From the NCBI RefSeq assembly GCF_009914755.1, contig NC_060942.1: DNA of 64,000 bases; one strand, given 5' to 3'. This DNA comes from the human T2T-CHM13v2.0 reference genome, Homo sapiens. The notes beneath the pieces are model-generated. The model had not been told where the DNA came from. It made no database searches and saw only the letters and a program-made list of their open reading frames with translations. A program made the translations under genes and the position numbers. Positions 45,321-61,268 of this stretch are shown in pieces. Position 1 is the stretch's first letter; each line of letters begins with the position of its first letter.

Positions 45321-48300
45321 TGAAGTACGTCTACTCCTTTGCTTCTGCTGCTACTGGTGCTGCTATGAATGCTGCTGTTACTACTACTCATGCTGCTGCT
45401 ATGAATGCTGCTGTCACTAATTCTACTATTATTTAAAAATATTAAGAAGAAGGAGAAGAGATATATTGAGGAGACAGAGTTCCTAAATAAGTTTGTGTTT
45501 AGAGCCTAATTCTTAAATTTTTGGCTACAGTTCTTTTGGTCTTTGCAAACCACCACATCCTGCTTGCTGCTTAACAATCCACTGCACAGATGAGAAGCAG
45601 AGCAAGATGGCTGGATAGAAGCCTTCACTGATTGTTCTCCCTATAGTAACACCAAATCAAACAACTATTCACAAAAATGTACCTTCATAGGAACCAAAAA
45701 TCAGGTGAGTGATCACAGTACCCGGTTTTAACTTCATAGCACTGAAAGAGGCACTGAAGAAAGTAGGAAAGACAGTCTTGAATTGCTGGTGCCACCCCTC
45801 CTGCATCCCCCTGGCAGTGGCTGTGTGGCACAGAGAGAACATTTGTGTGCTTGGGAGAGGGAAGGAGAGTGCAGTGATTGTGGGACTTTGCACTGGAATT
45901 CAGTGTTGCCGTGTAATGGTGGAAAGCAACACTAGGAAGAAATCATGGAGGGATGATTTAGACCACATAGAGGTCTAAATGATTTAGAACACATGGCAGG
46001 AGCATTTAGACTAGCTCTGGCCAGAGGTGAATCACCCATTCCAGCAGTCAGGTCCTGAGTTCTGGCAAGCCTTGGCACCATGGGCTAAAGTGCTCTGGGG
46101 TTCTAGATAGACTGGAAAGGCAGTCTAGGCCATAAGGACTGCAATTCCTGGGCAACTCTTGATGTTATTCTGGGCTCTGAGCCTGTGGACTAGTGGGGCA
46201 TGCAACCTAGTGAGACACCAGCCAGGGAGACTAAAGGAGTGCTTATATCATCCCTCCCCCAACCACAGTCAGCATAGCTCAAAGCTCTTGCAGAGATTCC
46301 TTCCCTCTGCTTGAGGAGAGGAGAGTGAAGAGTAAAGAGAACTTTGTCTTGCAACTCAGATACCAGCTCAGCCACAGTAGGATAGGGCACCAGGCAGCGT
46401 CATGATGCCCCCGCTTCCAGGTCCTAGCTCCTGGATGACATTTCTAAACACATTGTGGGCCAAAAGGGAACCTGCTGCCTTGAAGGGAAGGACCTAGTCC
46501 TGTCAGGATTCACCACTTGCTGACTAAAGAGCCCCAAGGCCCTGAATAATCAGCAGTAATAATTCAGATAGTATTCATCATGGTCCTTGGGTGAGACTCA
46601 GAGATATGCTGTTTTCAGGTGTGACCCAGCACATTTCTAGCTGTGGTGGCTATGGGGAGTGACTCTTAATGCTTGAGAAAAGGAGAAGGAAGAGTAAATG
46701 GGACTTCATCTTGCAGCTTAGATACCAGCTTGGTAACAGTGGGGTAGAGCACAAAGCTGGTTCTTGCAGTCCCCAGTTCCAGGCCTTGTCTCTTGGACAG
46801 TATTTCTGGATGTGCCCTGGGCTAGAAGGGGCCCACTGCCCTGAAGGAAGAGTCCTGGGCCTGGAAGCATTTACCACAACCTGACTGAAGAGCCATTAGG
46901 GTTTGAGTGAACATCGGTGGTAGCCAGGTAGAACTTGCCATGGGCCTGAGGCAGTGGTGGCCATGGGGAAAGACCCCTCTGCTTGTGGAATAAAAGAGAA
47001 GAGTGGGAAGGACTTTGTCTTGTGACTTGGGTGCCAGCTCAGAAACAGCAGAATAAAGCACCAGGTAGCTTCCCAAGATTTCCAACTCCAGGCCTGGGCT
47101 CCTGGATGGCATCTCTGGAGCCTCAGGGGCCAGGGGGATCTTGCTACCCTAAAGAGAAGGACATAGTCTAGCTGGTTTTGCCACCTGCTGATTATGGAGC
47201 CCTAGGGCCTTGAGTGAAGATAGGTGGTGGAAAGGCAAGGTTTATTATGGGCTTTGAGTGAGACCCAGTGCCATACTAGCTTCAGGTCTGACTCAGCACA
47301 GTCCCAGTGGTGGCCACAGGAGTACTTATGTCACCCCTCTCCCAGCTACAGGCAGCTCAGCACAGAAAGAGAGACTGGAAAAAATAAGGGAAGGGAGCAA
47401 GAGGCTCTGTCTGGTAATTCAGAGAGAGTTCTTCATGATCTTATCCAAACCATCAAGGCAGTACCTCCATAAGTCTGCAAGAGCCACAGTATTACTAGGC
47501 TTGGGATACTCCCTAATGCAGATATAGCTGCAGTGACCCGAAACTTAAATTGCAACACCCAAGACCCTTCAAATACCTGGAAAGCCTTCCCAAGAAGGGT
47601 GGTACAAACAAGTCCGGATCATGAAGGCTACAATAAATACCTAACTCTTCAGTGCCCAGACACTGATGAACATCCACAAGCATCAAGACCATCTAGCTAA
47701 AGAAGGCACCAGGGACCAATCCTGTAGAGACAGAGATATGTGATCTTTCAGAAGGAGAATTCAAAATAGCTGTTGTGAGGAAACTCAGTGAAATTCAAGA
47801 TAACATGGAGAAGGAATTCAGAATCCTATGAGATACATTTAACAAAGAGATTGAAATAGTTAAAAAGAATCAAGCAGAAATTCTAGAATTGAAAAATGCA
47901 GTTGATATAGTTAAGAATGCATCAGAGTCTCTTAATAGCAGAATTGATCAAGCAGAAGGAAGAGTTAGTGAGCTTGAAGATGGGCTATTTGAAAATACCT
48001 AGTCAGAGGAGTAAAAAAAAAGGAAGAATAAAAAAGAATGACACATGTTTACAAAATCTAGAAAATAGCCTCAAAAGGGCAAATGTAAGAGTTATTGGCA
48101 TTAAGGAGGAGGTAGAGAAAGATATAGGGGTAGAAAGTTTATTCAAAGGGATAATACCAGATAACTTCCCAAACCTAGAGAAAGATAGCAACATTCAACT
48201 ATAAAAAGGTTATAAAACAACAGACAGATTTAATTCAAATAAGACCATCTCAAGGTATCTAATAATCAAACTCCCAAAGGTCAAGGTAAAAGAAAGGATC

Positions 48301-48653
48301 CTAAAAGCAGCAAGAGAAAAGAAACAAATAACATACAATACAAAGAAACAAATAACAACCAATACATCTGGCAGCAGACATTTTTGTGGAAAACTTACAG
48401 TCTAGGAGAGAGTGGTGCGACATATTTAAAGTGCTGAAGGAAAAAACCTCTTATCCTAGAATAGCATATCTGGCAAAAATATGCTTCAAACATGAAGGAG
48501 AAATAAGGTGTAGAATTTTCACTAGTTTTCTCTTTGCTTGTTAGTTAATTTGTTTATACAATCAATGTTGAGTTGTCATCAGTTTAAAATAATGAGTTAT
48601 AAGATATTATTTGCAAGTCTCATGGTAATCTCAAATCAAAAAACATGCAATGG

Positions 48654-48654
<1 letters not shown>

Positions 48655-48690
<36 letters not shown>
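48655..48690. repeat. (CA)n microsatellite in the L1 inter-ORF region
   Basis: Direct reading. Confidence 0.95.
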
Positions 48691-48694
<4 letters not shown>

Positions 48695-49536
48695 AAAAAG
48701 CAAGAAATTAAAATACACCACCAGGGATAAGAGAAGACAGGAAGGAAGGAAATAAGGAAGAGAAGACCACAAAACAGCTAGAAAATAAATGACAAAATGG
48801 CAAGAATAAGTTCCTACTTATAAATAATAACGTAAAATGTAATGGAGTAAACTCTCATATCAAAAGACAGAGTGGCGGAATTGATACAAAAAGAAGATCC
48901 AACAATCTGTTGCCTACAAGAAACACACTTCACCTATAAAGACACACACAGACTGAAAATTGAGGGTTGGGCAAAGGTCTTCCATGCAAATGGAAAGACA
49001 AAAAGAGCAGGCATAGTTATATTTATATCAGACACAAAATAGATTTCAAGATAAAAAGTATAACAAGAGGCAAGGATAGTCATTATATAATGATAAAGGG
49101 ATAAACTTAGAAAGAGGATATAACAATTGTATATACATATATGCACCCAACACTAGAGCACACAGATATATAAAGCAAATATTATTAGAGCTAATGAGAG
49201 AGATAGACCCCAATACAATAATAGCTGGAGACTTCAACAATACACTTTCAGCATTGGACAGACCATCCAGACAGAAAAATCAACAAAGAAACATCAGACT
49301 TAATCTGCACTATAGAACAAATGTACCTAACAGATATTACAGAACATTTCATCCAAAGGCTGCAGAATACATTCTTCTCCTCTGTACATGGATGATTCTT
49401 AAGGATGGAACATATGTTAGGCCACAAAGCCAAGTCTTAAAAGTTTCAAAAACATTGAAATAATATCAAGTTTCTCCTTTGACTGCAATGGAATAAAAGT
49501 AGAAGTCAATAACAAGAGGAATTTTGGAAACTATAC

Positions 49537-49914
49537 TGTATTAGTCTGTTCTCATGCTCCTATAAAGAACTGCTGGAGATTAGGTAATTTATAAAGAAAA
49601 GAGGTTTAATTGACTCAGAATTCTGCAGGGGTAGGGAAGCCTCAGAAAACTTACAATCACAGTGGAAGGGGAAGCAAACAGGTCCTTCATCACATGGTGG
49701 CAGGAAGGAGAAGAATGAGAGATGAGCGAAGGGAGAAGCCCCTTGTAAAACCATCAGATCTTGTGAGAACTTACTCACTACCATGAGAATAGCATGGGGA
49801 AAACTGTCCCCATGATTCAATTACTTCCCACTAGGTCCCTCCCACCACACGTGGGGATTATGGGAACTACAATTCAAGATGAGATTTGGGTGGGGACACA
49901 GCCAAACCATATCA
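49537..49914 (-). mobile_element. THE1D/MSTA-like solo LTR inserted in L1 ORF2
   Basis: tgtattagtc...aaaccatatca; 5-bp TSD tatac (49532-49536, 49915-49919). Confidence 0.92.
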
Positions 49915-52464
49915 TATACAAACAGATGGAAATTATACAATGCTCCCGATTGGCCAGTGGACCAATGAAAAAAGTAACAAGGAAATCTAAAAATTTCCTG
50001 AAACAAATGATAATGGAAAAACAACATACCAAAACCTACAGGATACAGCAAAAGCAGTTCTAAGAGGGAAATTTATAGTTATATGCTTCTACATCAAAAA
50101 AGTAGAAAAAGTTCAAATACAAAACCTAATGACGCACATTAAAGAGCTAAAAAAGCAAGAGTCAGCCAAACCCAAAATTAGTAGAACAGAAAAAATAAAG
50201 ATTAGAGCAGAAATAAATGAAAACGAATAGAAGAAAACAATATAAAAGATCAATGAAACAAAAAGTTGTTTTTTTTTTGAAAAGATAAAATTGACAAAAC
50301 TTTAGTGAGACTAAGAAAAAAAGAAGACCCAAATAAATAAAATCAGTGATGGAAAAAGGGTACATTACATTGATAACCACAGAAATTCAAAGGATCATTA
50401 GAGGCTACTATATGCCAATAAATTGGAAAACCTAGAAGAAATGGACAAATCCCTAGACACATACAACCTACCAAAATTGAATAATGAGGATCCAAAACCT
50501 GAACAGACCAATAACAAGTAATGAGATTGAAGCTGTAATAAAAAGTAACCCAGTAAAGAAAAGCCCAGGACCCAGTGGCTTTACTGCTGAATTTTACCAA
50601 GCATTTAAAGAGCTATACCAATCCTATCCAAACTATTCTGAAAAATAGAGGAGGAGGGAATACCTCCAAATTCATTCTACAAGGCCGGTATTAACCTGAT
50701 ACCAAAACCAGAGAAAGACACATGAAAAACAGAGAACTATATCCCTGATGAACACTGATGCAAAAATCCTCAACAAAACACCAACAAACTTAGTTCAACA
50801 ACACATTAAAAAGATCATTCATCATGAGCAGGTGGGATTTATCCCTGGCCTGCAAGGACAGTTCAACATATGCAAATCAATCAATGTGATATATCATGTC
50901 AACAGAATGAAGGTTGAAAACCATATGACCATCTCAATCGATGCTGAAAAAACATTTGATAAAATTCAACATCCCTTCATGATAAAAACCCTAAAAAAAC
51001 TGGATATAAAAGCAACATACCTCAGCATAATAAAAGCCATATATGACAGACCCACAGCTAGTATCATACTGAATGGGGAAAAACTGAATGCCTTTCCTCT
51101 AAGATCTGGAACATGACAAGGAGGTCCACTTTCACCACTCTTATTTAACATAGTACTGGAATCCCTGGCTAGAGCAATCAGACAAGAGAAAGAAATAAAG
51201 GGCATCCAAATTGGAAAGGAAGAAGTAAAATCATCCCTTTTTTTGCAGATGATGTGTTCATCTATTTGGCAAAACCTAAAGACTCCACCAAAACTCTTAG
51301 AACTCATAAACAAATTCAGCCAAGTTGCCTATCTTGACTGAACATACCAACATATAAAAATCAGTAGCATTTCTATATGCCAACAGTGAACAACCTGAAA
51401 AAGAAATAAAAATATTAATGCCACTTACAATAGCCACAGATAAAATTAAATTCCTAGGAATAAACTTAACTAAAGAGGTGAAAGATCTCGGCAATGAAAA
51501 CTATAAAACATTGATACAAAGCATTGAAGAAGATATAAAAAAAGGGAAGATATTCTATGTTCTTGGACTGAAAGAATCTATATTGTTAAAATGCCCGTAC
51601 TACTCAAAGCAATCTACAGATTCAATGCAATCCCTATCAAAATCCCAGTGACGTTCTTCACAGAAATAGAAAAATCCATCCTAAAATTTACATGGGACTA
51701 CAAAAGAGCCAGAATAGCCAAAGCTATGCTGAGCAGAAAGAACAAAACTGGAAGAATCACATTACTTGACTTCAAATTATACTACAGAGCCATAGTAACC
51801 AAAACAGCATAAAAGCAAACATATAGACCATTGGAACAGAAGAGAGAACCCAGAAACAAATCCATATATTTACAATAAAGTCACTTTTGACAAAGGTGCT
51901 AAAAATATACATTGGAGGAAAAGACAGTCTCTTTAATAAATGGTGCTGGGAACACAGATTTTAAGGAAGAATGAAACCAGACCTCTATCTCTCACCATAT
52001 ACAAAAATCACAACCAAGTGAATTAAAGACTTAAATCTAAGACCTCAAACTTTGAATTACTAAAAGAAAATATTGGGGAAACTCTCGAGGACACTGAACT
52101 AGGCAAAGACTTATTGAGTAATATCCCAAAGCAGAGGCAACCAAAGCAAAAATGGACAAATGGGTTTACATCAAGTTAAAAACTTCTGCACAGCAATCAC
52201 AACAATCAACAAAGTGAAGAGACAACCCACACAATTGGAGGAAATATTTGCAAACTGCCAATCTGACAAGAGATTAATAGCCAGAATATATAATGAGCTC
52301 AAACAACTTTATAGGAAAAGATTAATAATCCAATTAAAAAATGGACAAAAAATCTGAATAAACATTTTTTGAAAGAAGACATACAAATGACAAACAGGTG
52401 TGTAAAAAGGTGTTCAGCATCACTGATAATCAAATAAATGAAAATCAAAAGTACAGTGAGATAT

Positions 52465-52755
52465 TGGGCATAGTGGTTCACGACCGCAATCCCAGCACTT
52501 TGGGAGGTCAAGTCAAGGCAGAAGGATCCCTTGATTCCAGGAGTTTGAGAACAGCCTAGGCAACATAGTGAGACCTCATTTCATCTTAAAAAAATAAAAA
52601 AGCCAGGTACGGTGGAGCACACTTGTAGTTCACCTCAGCTTCCTGAGTAGAGGTGGGAGGATTGCTTGAGACCACGAGTTTGAGTTTGCAGAGAGCTATG
52701 ATCATGCCACTGCACTACAGCCTGGGTAACAGCAAGACCCTGTCTTAAAAAAAAA
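52465..52755 (+). mobile_element. AluJ-like inserted in L1 ORF2
   Basis: TSD aaaagtaca(g/a)tgagatat at 52447-52464 and 52752-52769. Confidence 0.92.
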
Positions 52756-55499
52756 GTACAATGAGATATCCTTTTATTCCAGTGAAATGTCTTTTATGCA
52801 CAACAAATGCTGGGGAGGATGTGGAGAAAAGGGAACCCTTGTACACTGTTGGTGGGACTGTAAATTAGTACAGCCGCTATGGAGAACAGTTTGGAGCTTC
52901 CTCAGAAAATTAAAAATAGAGATAGCATATGATTAGCAATCCCCCTACTAGGTATATGCCCAAAAGAAAGGAAATCAGTATATCGAAGAGATATCTGCAC
53001 TCCCATTTTCATTGCAGCACTATTCACAATAGCCAAGATTTGGAAGAAATCTAAGTGTCCATCAATAGATGAATGGATAAAGAAAATGTGATACATATAC
53101 ACAATGGAGTACTATTCAGCCATAAAAAGAATGAGATCCTGTCATTTGTAACAGCATGGATGGAACTGGAGGTCACTATGTTAAGTGAAATAAACCAGGC
53201 CCAGAAAGACAAACTTCACATGTTCTCACTTATTTGTGGGAGCTAAAAATTAAAACAAGTGTACTCATGAAGATAGAGAGTAGAATGATGGTTACCAGAG
53301 CCTGGGAAGTGTAGTTGGGGTAAGGGAGAGAGGATGGTTAATGGGTACAAAAATATAGTTAGATAGAATGAATAAGATCTGGTATTTAATAGCACCATAG
53401 GGTGACTACAATCAACAAAAATTTATTGTACATTTAAAAATAACTAAAATATTGGATTGTTTGTGACACAAATAAAGGATAAATGCTTGAGGTGATGGAT
53501 ACCCCAGTTACCCTGATGTGATTATTATGCATTGCATGCCTATATCAAAATATCTCCTGTACCCCATAAAATATATACCTAGTATGTTCCCACAAAAATA
53601 AAAAATAAAAAATTTAAAAACCCATTGCATCAAATCTGCCTCCTAAAAACAGATGCTATATCAATCAATAAGGAATAATGGAATAAATGAGAAAAAATTT
53701 ATTGGCCTCTGACAATGGTCTATCACTGTACTGTGTGCTGTGCAGAATACAAAGGAAATTAGCCTTGGTCCCTGACTCCAAGGGAGTCATAGTCTTGTTG
53801 GAATAAAAAACTTGAAGATGGACAGGAAATTCTTTGAGTATAGTGCACATGAAGTTCTGTGTTGCTGGCTCAGTGCAGGAGGTGGGAGGAAATGACTCTG
53901 AAATGGATGGTCAGGGAAGTTTCCTGCAGTAGCAGGCCTTGAGCTGCACTCTGGAAATTTGAAGCAAGAGGGAAGAAAGAATAAGCAGCAAATGCATAGG
54001 CACAATCATGAATCTGAGCTTGAGTGTGGAGTGGGAGATGAGGTCACATCAATTAGGTTAGGGAGGACCTTGAAAGATCAACAGAGGAGTTTCAAAGGTA
54101 AACGATTAATTTACTTTTCCAGGAGTGTACGCTCCTCACCAGACTACTCACTGATATATTCTTTTTAGGGAAGAGACTGGCCAGAAGCCCACCTGGATGT
54201 ACCACAAGTAGAAATTCTCTTGGGGGAACTGCCTGGCAAATTCTGCTGAAAAGAGCTCCCTTGATGCTAACTTGCCAAAAACTCAATTTCCTATCTGAGG
54301 GAAGTTAGGGAATTTCTCTTATCAGACCCCTGCCTCTAGCTGCTACAGCCAGACTGTAGTCAGTTATACGAATGCATTTTAAACAAGTTGCAAGATTAGA
54401 GACTCCAGAAATGGCAGGGGGAAAGGCTGTACTTATCCTATTTTCAGCAGATAAAGGGGAATTCAGGGAGTGGAAAAACGAGAACATCTGTTGTTGGAGG
54501 TAAAAACAGGCCTGCCCCACACTCTCCCCCTTGAACTCAGGGCCCCATCACAGGTGCACACCTCACACCAGTCTCTTGCAGGTTAATTCCTTCTGCTGCT
54601 CCTGCAGCCCTTAGAAACCCTTGATTTCTGAACCACGAGTCTGATTTCCACCTCCACTCTTCTCATAGCTCTCTCTCCAGCTACTGATCTGCTGATAGGT
54701 TTGACCCTTAGTCTCTGAAGAGAAATCAGGCCGAGAAGAACAGAGACAACCATTGTGGGGAAAGAGTCAAGTTTACCGCAGCAGCTCCTGCCTGAGCCAC
54801 AGGTCCCATGTCTCCTTCTTAAGTAGTTTCTTGTAGATCTCAGTCCCACTCCAGCCCAACTGAGTTCGACTTTTTGTTTTACCAAGAACCCCTAGGCAGA
54901 TGAATCAAATGCATATTAAGGTGTGAGAAGCATTGTTCTTTTTCACTCCTTGGGAGTCAGTGCTTCAGGAAGAAACTCCTCAGACAGAAGTTTGAAGTAG
55001 ATGGGTCAGCACTGCTGTTTGATTTGGAGAGCCTGGCTTTATAAAATTCTTTCTGGAGGTGTCCTTCCCTCCTCTTCCTCCTGTAAACACTGGTTGAGAG
55101 CTTGCAGTGTGCCAGGTACCAGGCCAGGCTCTGGGGATACAAGTTTGCAAGGAGGAGCTGGCCCTTCAGCAGCTGATGATGCACTGGGAACAGTGCATGC
55201 AAATAACTCACCTAGGGGTGTACTCATGGCCACCCTTCTGCTTAGAATGTTCGTCTTTCCTTCTTCACTAGCCTTGTCCCTTTAGGTGAGTCTTGTATTT
55301 TCCAATTGTTCCTTCACCTCCATTGCCCGATTCCCTGGCCAGCTTCAGGTCATGCTATACCGACTCTGACATCCCTTCTTCCCTGTATATAGGTCTGCAT
55401 GGCCACCTCCTTTAGACTTATCATGTCTGCTCTTCAGTTTTACTGTCAGTAGTTAAGTCCATTTCTTCCCATGTCAAGTCCTCCCTACTTTGCCTCTGC

Positions 55500-56010
55500 T
55501 AATTCTGGAACCCATCCCCTTTTCCTTTACTTCAATACTGTGAGTTTAATCCAGGCCCTCCATCCTTATCAGGAATGATTCACTATCTTTATAACCAGTC
55601 TTTCTGTACTGTGTCTTGTTCCCATCAAATTCAATCTCTTTGTGTTTGTTCTTTTTTTTTCTGACTACATCCTGCATGAAAATCCATTCTCTACAGGAGA
55701 CAGAGTAATCTTCCTAATACATAAAACTGAATGCGCATTAAAGTCCTTCAAAGAGTCTATGCGGGATACTCTATGCCTTACCAAAGCATATGACACCTTT
55801 CATGACCTGTCTCCCAACTGTCTAGCCTCATCTCCCATGACTCTTTATCTTATATTTCAGCTGCAACAAACCTCTTGACATCTTGTATTTTCATCCTTGT
55901 TTCACGTACTTGTGACCATTTGTCTGCTTAGAAAGTGCTTCTTTCTTTCTTCACCAAGTTGATGTCTGGTCTTGTCGCCATATCCAGTTCAACTTTCCTA
56001 TTGTAAGAAT
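55500..56010 (+). mobile_element. L2 relic
   Basis: Degenerate L2 phrases (atccaggccctc, gacacctttcatgacctgtc). Confidence 0.45.
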
Positions 56011-56086
56011 TCTATTGGTTTTTAAACCCTAGCTGCACATTACAGCCACTTGCGGGTGACTCTAAAAATACCAATATGTAGACTGA

Positions 56087-56463
<377 letters not shown>

Positions 56464-56494
56464 TGACATTGGTATTTCTAAAAAGTTGCTTAAA

Positions 56495-56665
56495 CTGTTG
56501 CTTCTCAAACTTTAATGTGCATGCATCTGAGTCACCTGGGGATCTTGCTAAAATGGAGATTGTGATTCAGTAGATCCCAGGTGCCTGAGATTCTGAATTT
56601 CTACCACACTCGCTGGTGATGCTGGTGCTGGTGGTCCATAGACTGCACTGTGAGTAGCGAGGGTC
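56495..56665. mobile_element. MER5A
   Basis: ttctcaaactttaatgtgca...tcacctggggatcttg...gattcagtag...ctgagattctg. Confidence 0.75.
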
Positions 56666-57119
56666 TTGGGGGGAAGATGCTGAAGTGCAGCTGGGTGGGA
56701 AGCCCCTATGCTGCAGGATGTTTTCAGGCCTCTCAGTCACTGATTTCTCTTTGCTGCCCTGCTGTGTGCGTGCTGACCTCTAACTGCTGGACTTACTACT
56801 TTTGATTTCCCCATGTTTCTTATAGCAAAAGGACTTCCTCCAGTTTTCCATGCATCCATTGGTAATAAAAATGCCATGGGCTGTTTTATGAGGGAGAAAA
56901 TCTCATATGCCTTTTTACTAAGCAAATACTTTGGCCAAAAAAGTCACTTTTCTTTAAGATGCTTTCAAGTAGATTGGTACGACATCAAAGAAAGAATATT
57001 TTCTGTGGAAGTGAAGGAAGGTGGTTTGTTTACTTAAGAAACGGAACTCACTGGCCTATCTGAAGTGTTTGAAGGAAGTAGTAAGTTCATATATAAAAAG
57101 CAACGCTAAAAAATGTATA

Positions 57120-57310
57120 ATAACACCAATAATGGTAGTAATAATGATCATTGGTTACACATATTAAACATTTTTTAAAATCAAGGCACTGCTGTAAACA
57201 TTTTATATATAACAACACGATTAATCCTAAAAAATCCTTTGAGGTAGCACTAGTAATTATCCCCATTTTACACATGAGGAAATGAAGACACAGAGATCTT
57301 AAGTACGCAG
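57120..57310 (-). mobile_element. MIR
   Basis: attatccccattttacacatgaggaaatgaagacacagag. Confidence 0.7.
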
Positions 57311-57990
57311 CTATGTGAACTGAGAAAGTTGCTTTACTGAGACAAGTTAGTAGTAAAAAGTGTTTTAAAGTGCTAGCATCATCCAGGGGTTAAAGCTATT
57401 ATTTAACATCCGTGAAAGGAACAAGAGATTACTGAAGAAATCTTCAAGGAAAATGGCCCTTCCCCAGCATATGCTGTTCACAGACTTTCAGTGGTATTAG
57501 GGAACATCAAATTGGAAAAGTTTTTGAAACATGTGACTCCCAATTTTGAGTGCAGTTCAAATATCCTGGGGGCAATGTAAAGATGCTTAGTCTTGCTTCA
57601 GGGAGATTTACCAGGAAGAGATGTCATCTTTCGTCTAAACTTTCATTGTACTCTTATTTTAAGATACTTCACTGAGTCTAATCCATGTTGTAAACGTCTC
57701 CTAAAATAACTCTTCCAAGATTACTTTTAAGTATTTGGATTTAATATTTAATAGAGATCTATAAAAGCATATGCCTGCAGTTGCATGTTGTATGGTATTT
57801 CTATGGTATAAATGATTTTCCAGGAATGAAATGTACATTTACAAAGCTGCATCTATAGGAGACAGGCATTTCACTTATGGCCTGACAATTCTCCTTATGA
57901 CTGTTGGCCAAAACTTAAGAAGGTTGAGAGTGGATTTGTGCACAGGTAAGTTCCTCAATACTTTATGTGCATATATCCTCTAGGGCTTAC

Positions 57991-58351
57991 TGATATGGTT
58001 TGGCTGTGTCCCCACCCAAATCTCATCTTGAATGGTAGCTCCCATAATCCCCATGCGTCAGAGGAGGGACCCAGTGGGAGGTAACTGAATCATGGGGGCG
58101 GGTTTTTCCCAGGTTGTATTGTGAAAGTGATAAGTCTCATAAGATCTGATGGTTTCATAAATGGCAGTTCCCCTGCACATGCTGTCTTGCCTGCCGCCGT
58201 GTAAGACATGACTTTGCTCCTCCTTTGCCTTCTGCCATGATTGTGAGGCCTCCCCAGCCATGTGGAACTGTGAATCCATGAAACCTCTTTCCTTTACAAA
58301 TTACCCAGTGTTGGGTATGTCCTCACAGCAGTGTGAGAAAGGACTAATACA
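57991..58351 (+). mobile_element. THE1 solo LTR
   Basis: tgatatggtttggctgtgtccccacccaaatctc...ggactaataca; gcttac on both flanks. Confidence 0.93.
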
Positions 58352-58949
58352 GCTTACCTTTTAAATCAGTGCCTGGCATGATGCTCAATATGTTTAATTG
58401 AACCAAACCAGTACCAATAGCCAATGTGTATAGAGTGCATTCTTTGATCCAGGGACTATGCTACATGCAGGGATTATCTCATTGAAGCCTCTCCACATAA
58501 AGCCGTGGTATGAATGCAAACCTAGGCCTTATAAAGATTGAGGCCACCCTCTTGAGCTTGTTAGTGCTTCTGCAGCTAAAGTGTGGCCTTGGGCTGTGTA
58601 GAGGCCACATGTCTTTCCAGCTGCCAGGCTGTCTGCAACTCCCACACCCAAGTCTTCTCAACAGACTGCTCTCTCTTCCTGAACTGTTTGAGGAGCTTCT
58701 CTCTTACACAGCACATGAGCTGGGCAGAAAAGCTACTGACACACCTTGAATCCAAGAAACCACAATTTTAACATTTTATCCACTTTATGAAAGTCTCCCT
58801 GAAACCTAAATCAAATACATATTTTCCAGTTTAAATTTTAAAAGAATTTATACAACTGAAGTTTTACCTTCAGATCCCACATTTAATTACAAGTGGTCTT
58901 AAATGTGGCCCCACTTCAGTTGTCAAATAACCTTATGATTTGGGTATTT

Positions 58950-60727
<1,778 letters not shown>

Positions 60728-61126
60728 TGACTGTGAGGATAAAGTGACGTTATACAAAGGTTAGCATGGTATCTGGCACATGATAGGTACCCAAATATTT
60801 GCTGTATAAGACTTAGAGAATCTTCTCTGAACTCCTCACTTCTGGCTTCTCTGCTAGTAAGAAAAATGAAGCTGCTCTTTGACAGAAAATCACATATCTA
60901 AATTGTGTGTCATTTACATCAGTTAACATGGGAGTATAAGTAGATTTACTTCAAAAAAATTTTTTTTAAAGATTAAAACCACCTACTGCAGTCAGCCCTT
61001 AAGGTCCAACTCACCTGGAACACATTAATAGCTTTAAAAGGTAATTCGTCTCCTAGTGTGCACTGGGAGATACAGCATAGGGTGCATGCCCAGCTACTCA
61101 GGATGCAGATTCAAGGAGATACAGGG

Positions 61127-61268
61127 GTGGGGTGCAGTGGCTCACGCCTGTAATCCCAGCACTTTGGGAGGCCGTGGAGGTTGTAGTGAGCCGAGATCAC
61201 ACCACTGTGCTCCAGCCTGGGCGACAGACAGAGACCCCATCTCAAAAAAAAAAAAAAAAAGAAAAAAA
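61127..61268 (+). mobile_element. Alu with large internal deletion (left-arm start fused to right-arm end)
   Basis: Exact 14-bp TSD aaggagatacaggg (61113-61126, 61269-61282). Confidence 0.9.

Larger units (their letters stand above)
45587..53614 (+). mobile_element. Near full-length decayed L1 (L1MA/L1PB-age) with 5'UTR, ORF1 and ORF2 relics and 3'UTR
   Basis: 5' gagcaagatggc; ORF1-like 47917-48204; endonuclease pieces (IAGDFN) near 49200; RT ORF 50748-51116 ([22 protein letters not shown]); FADD codons 51242-51253; degenerate TSD. Confidence 0.95.

Noticed and set aside
50748-51116. Reverse-transcriptase-like ORF
   Set aside because: A fragment of L1 ORF2 with surrounding stops, frameshifts and insertions; not a novel RT system
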